Of a DNA stretch of 64,000 nt, positions 29,426 through 37,903 are shown piece after piece; the first letter of the stretch is position 1; every line of letters begins with the position of its first letter. The stretch is from the NCBI GenBank assembly GCA_016193335.1, contig JACPSK010000008.1:1589-65588 (forward strand), written 5' to 3'. The notes under the pieces were generated by a model. It made no database searches and was not told the origin of the DNA. It saw only the letters and a program-made list of their open reading frames with translations. The DNA is from Candidatus Magasanikiibacteriota bacterium (GTDB lineage Bacteria > Patescibacteriota > Patescibacteriia > Magasanikbacterales > UBA922). The position numbers were made by a program, and so were the translations under genes.

Positions 29426-29437
29426 TACACAACCAGA

Positions 29438-31471
29438 CTAATCTTCAGGGAAAATTATACCCAAATCTTCGGCAGTCAAGGGTCTTTGACCAGAGGAATC
29501 AGAGCTCGTTTCTCCTCCACCGGTCAGGGTATCTTCGCAAAGGCCTCCGGCTTGATTTTCACAATCCGTCTTTTTTTCAACGCCCAGATAACAAGTCGTC
29601 GGCACGGCGCGGTAACTGCTATTGAATATCTTTTCCTGTTTACTGCCGTCGGACAATTGGCGGGTATAGGTAAAGGAGGCCACGGCCCCGGGATGCGCGC
29701 TTTGACACTGCTTTTTCCCCGGCTCAAGATCAGTCGTCTGAATCTCTCGGGCAGGGCCGGTGGGAATCCATTTGGAAACTTGAGGAGCCGAATAATACCC
29801 CTTGCGGCCGTCATTCGTACCCCACAAAGTAAAAAATAGATCCCCTGTCTTGGTATTCATGGACGTTTCTATAAGCAGATGATGTCCTGTATCATTTATA
29901 AATCTAAAATCAGGCCAGCCATCGTAAATAGTGGCGTCAGTGCCCGGATTTCCATTGCTTGGATCATTGTAATAACTCACCACCAGACCATGATTAGTAC
30001 GTTCAGTTATAGGCATTCCCGAATTCATGGCGCTCCTAAACATCGTAGTGCCCACTTGGCAAAGGCCTCCGGCTATTTCGGGTTTTATCCTGTCTCCCAC
30101 AATAACCAATTCGGGCAAATAACCATCCTCAATGGTATAGGGACGAAGCGTGGCGTTTAAAGAGAATTCCTGGCCCGGTTTGATGATGGTTCCATTTAAT
30201 TTATTCTGAACCGCGTTTTTGATATTCAAAATTCTATTTTTAGGACTTCCGGAAAAATTTGAAAAACCCACTCCCAATATCTCTTTGACCCCAAGATCAT
30301 TGAGAGACCCGGTAGATACTCGCGGCTCTGTGGTCTTGGTTATAAGTTCAGTGCTCAAAACGACTGTATCCACACCCGAAAGACGTGAAGCAAAAGCACC
30401 CTTAAGTGCGGCGAGTGTTTTCTCGAGATCCACGCTTACACCCGGTCTTGAACCCTGGAAATCCATGGCTTTAGTGGCTTCCTTATTCAAAACAAAAACC
30501 GCATCGCGGGGTTTTTCCTCAACAGAAGGAAGAATATCTTTGACGATAAATGTTTCCGTAGAAGAAGCGGAAACACCGAGCAAAACAGATCCGTCCGCCC
30601 CTTTAGTTACCTCTATCCATTCTCCAATATCTGTGATCGATATGTCCCAATGATAATCCTTTTGAGTGCTTGGATTTTTGTATGTTATTCTGTGCATTCC
30701 AGCTTTAAGTAAAGGCGCAATCTGACCGCTTAGGCCCCTGATATCATCCTCAACCAAGCGAGGTGGCGTGGCCATAGACTGAATCCGAACCAAAGGAATC
30801 TCCAAACGTGACCAAGCGGCAAAAACTTTTCCGGGAACTTCTTGATAGGCGAAAGATATGCCTTCCGAAGAGGTGGAAATACTATATTTTATAGGGTCTG
30901 TATTCTCCACCGTCAGTCCGGCGTCCTTTGCCTGAAGTGTAAGCGGCGAAAATTGTTTGTCTAAAATATCCAATAACCCCGGCTGATCTATGACAAGACT
31001 TTGTAAAGATAAAGATGGTTTGGAAATCCGAGATAAAAGTATAGACCAGGCATCCACAAAAGAGTTGCCTGCCTTACCATAGCGGAGCAAATACCCAATC
31101 TCCTGTTCCATATCAATATCAGCAGTAAAAAAAACGCCAGAACCAGATGTTCCCGAATGTACTGAAAATTCTTTCTGTCCCTCTGCAGTCTCATATACCA
31201 ACAAAACGCCCTGATCAAATAACTTGCTTTTCATGTCGTTTAAAAAAGAGCTCAATTCATCCGCGTTGAGTCCTGCCACGGATATATTCCCTATATGAAC
31301 TCCGGGGAAAACTCTGAGAGCATAAGCCCTTGCATAGGAGATCAATCCCACCAAGCCCAAAAACAAGACTATCACAAAAAAAGCGACCAGAAACAAAATG
31401 CGACGCCAGGAAATACTAAAAAAAGATATGCCGATTTTTTTTAAGAGGCCTTGTTGTAATGGTTCTTGCAT
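29438..31471 (-). CDS. VanW family protein (membrane-anchored)
   Basis: N-terminal TM helix and a C-terminal VanW domain (GGLCQVGTTMFRSAMNSGMPITERTNH). Confidence 0.6.
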   Translation of the reverse strand: MQEPLQQGLLKKIGISFFSISWRRILFLVAFFVIVLFLGLVGLISYARAYALRVFPGVHIGNISVAGLNADELSSFLNDMKSKLFDQGVLLVYETAEGQKEFSVHSGTSGSGVFFTADIDMEQEIGYLLRYGKAGNSFVDAWSILLSRISKPSLSLQSLVIDQPGLLDILDKQFSPLTLQAKDAGLTVENTDPIKYSISTSSEGISFAYQEVPGKVFAAWSRLEIPLVRIQSMATPPRLVEDDIRGLSGQIAPLLKAGMHRITYKNPSTQKDYHWDISITDIGEWIEVTKGADGSVLLGVSASSTETFIVKDILPSVEEKPRDAVFVLNKEATKAMDFQGSRPGVSVDLEKTLAALKGAFASRLSGVDTVVLSTELITKTTEPRVSTGSLNDLGVKEILGVGFSNFSGSPKNRILNIKNAVQNKLNGTIIKPGQEFSLNATLRPYTIEDGYLPELVIVGDRIKPEIAGGLCQVGTTMFRSAMNSGMPITERTNHGLVVSYYNDPSNGNPGTDATIYDGWPDFRFINDTGHHLLIETSMNTKTGDLFFTLWGTNDGRKGYYSAPQVSKWIPTGPAREIQTTDLEPGKKQCQSAHPGAVASFTYTRQLSDGSKQEKIFNSSYRAVPTTCYLGVEKKTDCENQAGGLCEDTLTGGGETSSDSSGQRPLTAEDLGIIFPED

Positions 31472-31488
31472 GAATGGTGTATCAGTCT

Positions 31489-31971
31489 TTATTCTTCCAC
31501 CACGTGGACACTTAATCTCGCGTTGGATGTATATTTTGGTATATAAATCTTTAGTACCCCTCTTGTATATTCCGCGCGAGCGGATTCTCCCCTCACCTCA
31601 GTAGGCAAAACAATGCTCCGTGAAAAACGCCCCCAGTAACATTCCTGATGTATAAGCTTCAAAGAATTCAGAGAGTCGGCTCCTCTGTCTTCAGAGCGTT
31701 GTCTCTCCCCTCTCACCGTCAAAAGATCATTATGTATATAAACTTCTATTTTGTCCGGCGAAGCGCCCGCCATAGTGGCGTATACCACGATTTCATCCTG
31801 TGTTTCCGCGATATCCACCGAAAGCTTTCCTTCTTGACCCACATAATCCCAATCCTCTTCAGGATTTTGGCGGCGTGATTGGACAGAAACATTCTGTTCA
31901 TCCGAAGAGGGCAGTTTTTCAAAAAGTATAGAAAATCCTTCACTTGAATTTTTACTCAGGCCCATATTCAT
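31489..31971 (-). CDS. Hsp20/alpha-crystallin small heat-shock protein
   Basis: Alpha-crystallin domain KLSVDIAETQDEIVVYATMAGASPDKIEVYIHNDLLTVRGER. ATG (MNMG...) is preferred over the TTG at 32016. Confidence 0.75.
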   Translation of the reverse strand: MNMGLSKNSSEGFSILFEKLPSSDEQNVSVQSRRQNPEEDWDYVGQEGKLSVDIAETQDEIVVYATMAGASPDKIEVYIHNDLLTVRGERQRSEDRGADSLNSLKLIHQECYWGRFSRSIVLPTEVRGESARAEYTRGVLKIYIPKYTSNARLSVHVVEE

Positions 31972-32130
31972 ATATATATAAATATAGTATAGCAAATACA
32001 AAAAAAACGTAAACAAAAATTTCCTATACTTAAACTCATAGACCCGGCCAGAGTCTCCCCATACGGTATCGGTCAGTACCCGATCAAAATCTCTGTCTGA
32101 AACGGGCGTCTAACAAAATTAATACATACC

Positions 32131-32808
32131 TCAAAGCGAATTTTTGCGTACTACGCAAAGTGGTGTTTGTTCATTCGTCTGGCCAAGAGGATTATCACGG
32201 AAGACAGCTCGGGCCCAGGCTTTATCAATTTTTTTTGAGGAACGGCCCAAAACATCCACGCCAATATCATTGGCATCGATGATGACCACATCGTGCCCAA
32301 AGCGCGCTTTAAGGTCTGCGGCGACACTATTCGGATTTTTAGGGGCCAAAGTGGCATATTGGTTATAGGGAGGCAGGGTATAGGAACAAGGCCCATCAAT
32401 CGCGGCGGCTTGGCGACCCGCGATATGATAAAACATTCCTTTTATACCCAAGGGTTTGGTAAGAGCGGCAACAAGAGCTCCGAGCAGAATACGGGCAAGC
32501 CCCACTTCTTTGATAGCCAAGTGCATTGTCTCAGGGATTCCGAGGCCGATCCCATATTTTGATTTGTGCACAAAATGAGTGAGAAAACGAGCCCAGAAAC
32601 CGGGTTTTATATCTTTTATGGGAATCGCGCGTCCCTGCGTGATAGCGACCACGCGTTCGCTGATAAACAAAACATCACCTGGAGACAGATTTTGAACCGC
32701 GTAGCGTTCCACTATATCGGATATCCTGTCGTCCGGGCCGACAACATGAGTGCGTATCGGAAAACGTTCGTATACGATTCCCTGCGCTTCTATGGAAGAT
32801 GAAACCAT
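32131..32808 (-). CDS. CofE-like (F420-0:gamma-glutamyl ligase family) protein
   Basis: VVGPDDRISDIV...VLFISERVVAITQGRAI pattern of the CofE/F420-ligase fold. ATG at 32808 is preferred over the GTG at 32868. Confidence 0.5.
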   Translation of the reverse strand: MVSSSIEAQGIVYERFPIRTHVVGPDDRISDIVERYAVQNLSPGDVLFISERVVAITQGRAIPIKDIKPGFWARFLTHFVHKSKYGIGLGIPETMHLAIKEVGLARILLGALVAALTKPLGIKGMFYHIAGRQAAAIDGPCSYTLPPYNQYATLAPKNPNSVAADLKARFGHDVVIIDANDIGVDVLGRSSKKIDKAWARAVFRDNPLGQTNEQTPLCVVRKNSL

Positions 32809-32909
32809 ACTATATTTATGATAATTATTGGTTCCAAAAATATCACAAACCAATAAATCCGTTACCACCCACCAAGGGCAACCTCTTTCAATTTCGCTGA
32901 ATGTAAAAC

Positions 32910-32997
<88 letters not shown>

Positions 32998-33037
32998 CAT
33001 TGTTAAGCCTCAACAGTTAAATACTGACATGAACTTC

Positions 33038-33069
33038 TCAAAAAACTCACTGCGGAGAGGGCGGGATTC
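33038..33069. repeat. 32-bp direct repeat duplicating the 3' end plus trailer of tRNA-Ser(GCU); second copy at 33223-33254
   Basis: CAAAAAACTCACTGCGGAGAGGGCGGGATTCG is identical at 33038-33069 and 33223-33254. This is att-site-like. Confidence 0.7.
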
Positions 33070-33222
33070 GGCTTCGCCTCTCGCTCGCTTCCGCTCGCTC
33101 GGGCTAGCCACCGCCTCGCCATCGCGCTCGCCAGCTGGCTCGCGCGATATGGCTCCGGCGTTCTCATCCCGCACGCGACACACACTCGTGTGTCGCTCCT
33201 CTTCTCCGTTCGTTTTTGCTAC
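33070..33222 (-). pseudogene. GC-rich degenerate tRNA-Ser-derived segment between the direct repeats
   Basis: Minus-strand GGCGAGGCGGTGGCTAGCCCGAGCG...GAAGCCGAATCCCGCCCTCTCCGCA aligns to the acceptor/D and T arms of the adjacent tRNA-Ser(GCU) but lacks an anticodon arm. It contains the palindrome GCGACACA-CACTCG-TGTGTCGC. Confidence 0.4.
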
Positions 33223-33236
33223 GCAAAAAACTCACT

Positions 33237-33328
33237 GCGGAGAGGGCGGGATTCGAACCCGCGATCCGGTTTTAAGGCCGGATAACACATTAGCAGTGTG
33301 CCGCTTTCGACCTACTCAGCCACCTCTC
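33237..33328 (-). tRNA. tRNA-Ser(GCU), CCA not encoded
   Basis: Reverse complement GGAGAGGTGGCTGAGTAGG...CACACTGCTAATGTGT (anticodon GCT)...GCGGGTTCGAATCCCGCCCTCTCCG, followed by GTGAGTTTTTTG. Confidence 0.85.
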
Positions 33329-33407
33329 CATTTACGGATAATTTACAATTTTTAATTTGTAAACTCAAATTATTGTTGTTCCAGTGTATCCCAAAACAAG
33401 GTTCGCG

Positions 33408-34127
33408 TCAACCCCTTGCCAGAGAAAAACCCATAACATGTAGCGCCCCTCCTTGCTCTTTCAGTGCTCTGGCCGCGGCTTGCATAGTGCTTCCGGTGGT
33501 GTATACATCATCCACTAGCAAAATGGATTTCCCCTTAGTTTCCACAGGCTTTGTAACCCGAAAAGCGTCTGCCACATTGCGCTTGCGCTCTTCCTTGGAA
33601 AGGATGGCCTGCTGTTTGGTCTTCAAAAACCTGAGCAAAAAATCCGAACGCAATTGAAAGGGCAGATGTCTATTGAAGCTCTGCGCGATAATATATGATT
33701 GATTATACCCTCTTTCGGCATAGCGGCGTTTATGCAGAGGAATCGGAACGCAATAATCTATGGGAAACAAAAAATCTGAACAGATGATCTTGGTTTCATC
33801 TATAATACGACCCAAGACTGAATTGAATTCATAAACATACGCATATTTGAACTGATGCAAAACCTGGGCCAAAAGACCTTTGGAATCATAAGGAGCGCAG
33901 GCAATCTGCTGATCCAAACAAGAATCCGCGACGCAAAAAAAACAAGGAGCACCTCTTAAGTTAGGCTCATGGCATACCGGACAGCAGAGGACAAGATGTT
34001 TATCAATTTTAAGATAGCAAGTATCACATAAGGCCAATCCTTCTTTCCCGCATCCAAGACAAAAAAGAGGAAACAAAACCTCTTTGACATACGACAAAAT
34101 AACGCGAAGTCCCTCCTTTAAAAACAT
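33408..34127 (-). CDS. comFC: ComF family competence protein (ComFC, phosphoribosyltransferase-like)
   Basis: N-terminal 4-Cys zinc finger (CLGCG...CDTC...CPVCHEP...CFFC) and a C-terminal PRTase motif LLVDDVYTTGSTM. Confidence 0.8.
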   Translation of the reverse strand: MFLKEGLRVILSYVKEVLFPLFCLGCGKEGLALCDTCYLKIDKHLVLCCPVCHEPNLRGAPCFFCVADSCLDQQIACAPYDSKGLLAQVLHQFKYAYVYEFNSVLGRIIDETKIICSDFLFPIDYCVPIPLHKRRYAERGYNQSYIIAQSFNRHLPFQLRSDFLLRFLKTKQQAILSKEERKRNVADAFRVTKPVETKGKSILLVDDVYTTGSTMQAAARALKEQGGALHVMGFSLARG

Positions 34128-34176
34128 AATGCCGGCAAATACACTTTTGTCGCCCTTTCAATCTTACCTAATAGAT

Positions 34177-34791
34177 TTAATCTTCCCACCAAAAACCATT
34201 TACTTTCCATTCCTCTCCCACTTTTACAATTTCAACCCTGCCTTTTCTCTGTTTGAGTTCTGTTTGAATTCCGGCAGAACCGTCTGATGACTCCGAAGAC
34301 CATTCTTGCTGAGCCTCAATGCCAATTAAAAAACGAAGATCAGATTCCTCACGAACAGAAGTACTGATAACTCGTGTGGTTACACCCTTGTATTCCACCG
34401 ACTGTTCAAGCATCTGAGTCTGGAGCCAGGCAGACATAGACAAAGTGCCAAGCTCGCTCGTGTCTGCAAGATGAGCGTTGTTATTTTGGTTTGAATAAGT
34501 ACCAAATCGTTCTACGAACAGACGGCTGAGCTGGCGGGCATACAAGGTTGGGTCTGGTTTTGAGGGAATCTGATTGGCTTCTGCGCCTTGTTCTCTAATC
34601 CCTTCCTTACTCACCAATATAGAACGCGCTTTTTGAACAGCTTCCGGAACAGTTTCTTGTTCGCTGGAAGTATTGGTCTCCTCTTGATCTTGAGGATTCT
34701 TTTTACCGTATATGATAAAAAGAACCGAAACCAAAATAAAGGCTACTATGATGCTTACTATAAGAAAAATTCTTTGTCGCAGTGTTAACAT
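34177..34791 (-). CDS. bitopic membrane protein (possible VirB8-like T4SS component by position)
   Basis: A single N-terminal TM helix (IFLIVSIIVAFILVSVLFIIY) and a roughly 150-aa extracytoplasmic domain. It is the last gene of the T4SS-like operon, so the assignment rests on position only. Confidence 0.35.
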   Translation of the reverse strand: MLTLRQRIFLIVSIIVAFILVSVLFIIYGKKNPQDQEETNTSSEQETVPEAVQKARSILVSKEGIREQGAEANQIPSKPDPTLYARQLSRLFVERFGTYSNQNNNAHLADTSELGTLSMSAWLQTQMLEQSVEYKGVTTRVISTSVREESDLRFLIGIEAQQEWSSESSDGSAGIQTELKQRKGRVEIVKVGEEWKVNGFWWED

Positions 34792-34858
34792 ACAAACAAG
34801 TATAGCAGGACTTAGATTAAATTCATATAAAATCCCGCGAAAAAATCTTGGATCAGAG

Positions 34859-36745
34859 TTAAGCCTCGTCTTTATCCCCTTTCATCGAACGTTCAAATTC
34901 CTGTTTGGCGCGCTCAATGTCCAAGAGTTGTTTGGGATCAGAAGTAATTAACTGATCTTCGGTATATGAGGCTATTACTTTTATGGCGGCGTGTTTATTA
35001 CCCGCGAAAAATATTCCCTCCCCTACCGCGCTTTCCAAAAGCAGATATTTTTCTCCCTCAGTGAGCATAAAAACCCGCTGAATCATATCTATAGAAGCCG
35101 GGGACTGTCGAAGCAAAAGCTGAAGAGCAGAATTGGTTACAATGGCCTGCCCGTAAGGAGAACGCAAAAAATCGTTAACATCCTGAGTAATGGTAGTAAC
35201 GCCCAAATAATATTTTCTGCATCGTTTAACCAAAGCATAAATAAATTTGGCGCTGTCTTCGTGTTGCATGAGCCACCAAGCTTCATCAATGATTAAGATG
35301 CGTTTTTTCCGTTCAGAACGGACGATATTCCATATATAATTAACGAGAGTGTAAATGGCCATGGGTCTGAGCTCATCTTCCAAATCGCGGACACTGAAGA
35401 TCACTAGCTGGTTGTCCACGTTCACATTAGTCGGAGAATTGAAAAGGCCGGCAAAAGTGCCGAGAGTATATTTTTCCAGCTTCAAAACCAAATCCTCTGC
35501 TCCTTCCATCCCTTCGAGGATATCCAATAAATCCTGCATGATGGGAGCTTCAAGATTTCTCAAATCAGAATTCGGAGTTATATCTTTTTTAGCATAGGTT
35601 TCAAGAAGCGCTCTGTCCAAAATAGAATCTTCACTGGCAGAAAGAGTCCCAAACATGATACGAAGCAGACCTTTTAAGGTAATGACAGCGCTTCGTATGA
35701 TATCTTCCACCGAAGCCTGGCCACCCACCGGCTTGGGCAAATCAAAAGGATTGACCTTGCTCTCAGAGGCCAAAGAAATACTGATATAGGTTCCACCAAC
35801 CGCTTCAGCTAGATGCAAATATTCCATTTCAGGATCTATAACAATAATATCAATACCCATCATCAGACTGCGGAGAACCTCCAATTTTACGGCGTAGGAT
35901 TTGCCGGCGCCCGAAGTGGCGAACACAACCATGTTGGCGTTTTGTAAAGAAAAACGATCGAATAAAATAAGACTGTTATTGTGCCTGTTTATACCGTACA
36001 AAATGCCATTATCACTGGTAAGTTCCGAAGAAATAAAGGGAAAAGACGCCGCTATGGGCGAAGAGTTCATATTAAAAGCTATGGTAAGCTCGTCTATGCC
36101 CAAAGGCAGAGTTGATGTAAAGCCTTGTTCGGCCTGAAATAAAACATTTTTCGTGTAAATCAATTTTGACCCGAACAGATTTTCTATGTCTTCTGAAGTT
36201 TTGTCCAGTTCTTCTTTGTCCTGAGCGTATATGGTTACATAAAAAGCGAACTGAAAAAAATGCTCGACCCCTTGGGTCAGATCATCCCGAAGCTGTTCTA
36301 TATCCCGCAAGGCCGTCTCCCGAATCGGGTCTCTCGGAGCCCCTTTCTCGGCGTCAGAACTTATCTGAGCCTCGAGAGCTCCCACTTTTTTCTTGAGTTG
36401 TTTGAGGATAATCGCGGAATTGACCGGATAAAAAAACATGCTTACATCCATGGTAATATTCAAATTCAAAACAGGAGCGCTCCACCCGACCGCGATATAA
36501 CGGGGATAAGTAACCACAAAAATCGTCCGCAAAAAGGTATTGCCAAGCTGAACAAAAGTAGATTCCACTTTAAAAGCAGAAGGCGCGATAAGATCCTGGA
36601 TAGCCACGGTTCCTTCGCGGTACACCCGTTCTTCTTCCAAGCTGATCAATTGTTGTTCGATGTCTTCGCTTTGTTTTTTTCTCCTTCTGAAAGAACCTCT
36701 TTTTTCAGGAGATCCCTGACCGAAGGATACTGGTTTAAACGGCAT
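34859..36745 (-). CDS. virB4: type IV secretion VirB4/TrbE/CagE-family ATPase (ATPase body)
   Basis: Walker A MVVFATSGAGKSYAVK followed by DIIVIDPEMEY, and Walker B RILIIDEAWWLM...TTITQDVNDF. The N-terminus IAPSAFKV...GNTFLRTIFVVTYPRY matches the VirB4 linker region. Confidence 0.75.
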   Translation of the reverse strand: MPFKPVSFGQGSPEKRGSFRRRKKQSEDIEQQLISLEEERVYREGTVAIQDLIAPSAFKVESTFVQLGNTFLRTIFVVTYPRYIAVGWSAPVLNLNITMDVSMFFYPVNSAIILKQLKKKVGALEAQISSDAEKGAPRDPIRETALRDIEQLRDDLTQGVEHFFQFAFYVTIYAQDKEELDKTSEDIENLFGSKLIYTKNVLFQAEQGFTSTLPLGIDELTIAFNMNSSPIAASFPFISSELTSDNGILYGINRHNNSLILFDRFSLQNANMVVFATSGAGKSYAVKLEVLRSLMMGIDIIVIDPEMEYLHLAEAVGGTYISISLASESKVNPFDLPKPVGGQASVEDIIRSAVITLKGLLRIMFGTLSASEDSILDRALLETYAKKDITPNSDLRNLEAPIMQDLLDILEGMEGAEDLVLKLEKYTLGTFAGLFNSPTNVNVDNQLVIFSVRDLEDELRPMAIYTLVNYIWNIVRSERKKRILIIDEAWWLMQHEDSAKFIYALVKRCRKYYLGVTTITQDVNDFLRSPYGQAIVTNSALQLLLRQSPASIDMIQRVFMLTEGEKYLLLESAVGEGIFFAGNKHAAIKVIASYTEDQLITSDPKQLLDIERAKQEFERSMKGDKDEA

Positions 36746-36758
36746 AGAAACTTTTTCT

Positions 36759-37457
36759 TTATAATCCCCTCTCCACCTGCAAATCCTCCACTGAACTCAT
36801 CGTCTCGCCATAAGAAATATCAGGATTAAAGGTGGAATAATATAACTCTATGAGCGCCTGGGTATCCAGCTGGACAGCCGTAACGCCCACGCTCGAGAGT
36901 CCGGAAATAACTTGACGTACTCTCATGTCCAAGTCTTCTTTGCGTTGTCTGAACCGGTCTTCTTTGAGACGGATACTCGCCATTGGTCTGAGCACGTCTT
37001 TTGTTCTGCTAAAAAAACTTTTTTTTGTGTTGGAGAGCGGATCATATGGAACGACCACATAATATCGTTTGGTCATAATCTGGCCGATATCCACCAATTC
37101 TTTCACAAAGGCTCGGTAATCCGCTATCTGTATGCGTAAAAGTTCATTTTTTTGTTTTGCTTCGATGCTCGCCAATTCTTCGAGATAGGGCCTAATCTGC
37201 AGACGCCTGGATTGAACCACAATTTGCAAAGGAAAATCTATGGAATTCAAAAAACCCACATACGAAGAAATAAGCGCGTTTTGTTCGTCCTCCGACTTCA
37301 AAGCGAAATTTATGCTTGAGGTTAAAAGCACGGCCCGTGTTGTCCCGTCTTTTAAAACAAGCACGCCCTCTTTTATTTCAGAAATGGGTAGATGAGTTTT
37401 GGTAGCCGGACGTTTGGCTTTCTTGGTCTTTTTTTTCTTACTTTTCATATGATACAA
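36759..37457 (-). CDS. VirB4 N-terminal-domain-like protein (separate ORF; possible split or frameshifted VirB4)
   Basis: LPISEIKEGVLVLKDGTTRAVLLTSSINFALKSEDEQ...FPLQIVVQSRR resembles the CagE_TrbE_VirB N-terminal domain. The ORF ends 14 nt before the ATPase ORF in the -1 frame. Confidence 0.45.
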   Translation of the reverse strand: MYHMKSKKKKTKKAKRPATKTHLPISEIKEGVLVLKDGTTRAVLLTSSINFALKSEDEQNALISSYVGFLNSIDFPLQIVVQSRRLQIRPYLEELASIEAKQKNELLRIQIADYRAFVKELVDIGQIMTKRYYVVVPYDPLSNTKKSFFSRTKDVLRPMASIRLKEDRFRQRKEDLDMRVRQVISGLSSVGVTAVQLDTQALIELYYSTFNPDISYGETMSSVEDLQVERGL

Positions 37458-37460
37458 ACG

Positions 37461-37895
37461 CTAAACAGTGTCTTCAGGCTTATAGAAACCGCCCGTGTTG
37501 GCCAAAAGCGCCAAGTCTCTGATGCGTTCACGTTTCACCGGTTCTTTCGTAGGGGTTTCAGAAAGCTCTGAAGTAAAATTTTGTTCTCTCAAAAAATTTA
37601 AGTCCTTATCAGTGTAGACTTTGTTCCAAATTCGAAGGGAAGGTTTGCGCAAAGTTTGAAGTATATTCAATAAAAAATAATGGAAATTCTGGCCATTGAT
37701 TTTAACGAACGCGAATAACAAAGCCGCGCCTCCCACGACCGCAAGAGTAAAGATGAATAATGACAAATCACCATAACGAAAACTGAGAAAAATCACAACG
37801 CCGGCAACCAAAAGAATGACAAATTGGCGTATGGTGATGGGTCCAAAAATCTTGTCTTCAACATCTATAAATTGTGGAACAACAAATTGCTGCAT
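37461..37895 (-). CDS. small 2-TM protein, PrgI/VirB3-like by architecture and position
   Basis: MQQFVVPQFIDVEDKIFGPITIRQFVILLVAGVV followed by a second TM helix. It lies immediately upstream of the VirB4 ORFs, as PrgI and VirB3 do. Confidence 0.4.
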   Translation of the reverse strand: MQQFVVPQFIDVEDKIFGPITIRQFVILLVAGVVIFLSFRYGDLSLFIFTLAVVGGAALLFAFVKINGQNFHYFLLNILQTLRKPSLRIWNKVYTDKDLNFLREQNFTSELSETPTKEPVKRERIRDLALLANTGGFYKPEDTV

Positions 37896-37903
37896 AGTGT
37901 TTC

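Noticed and set aside
28946-29437. Looked for RNase P RNA, tmRNA or SRP RNA signatures (GGAAAGTCCGGGC, CCCGGCTTA-like, GGTTCGAATCC tails) in the clpP-VanW spacer.
   Set aside because: Only a partial CCCGGCTAT resemblance to the RNase P P4 3' strand, with no complementary 5' strand and no other conserved elements. Kept only as a generic ncRNA candidate.
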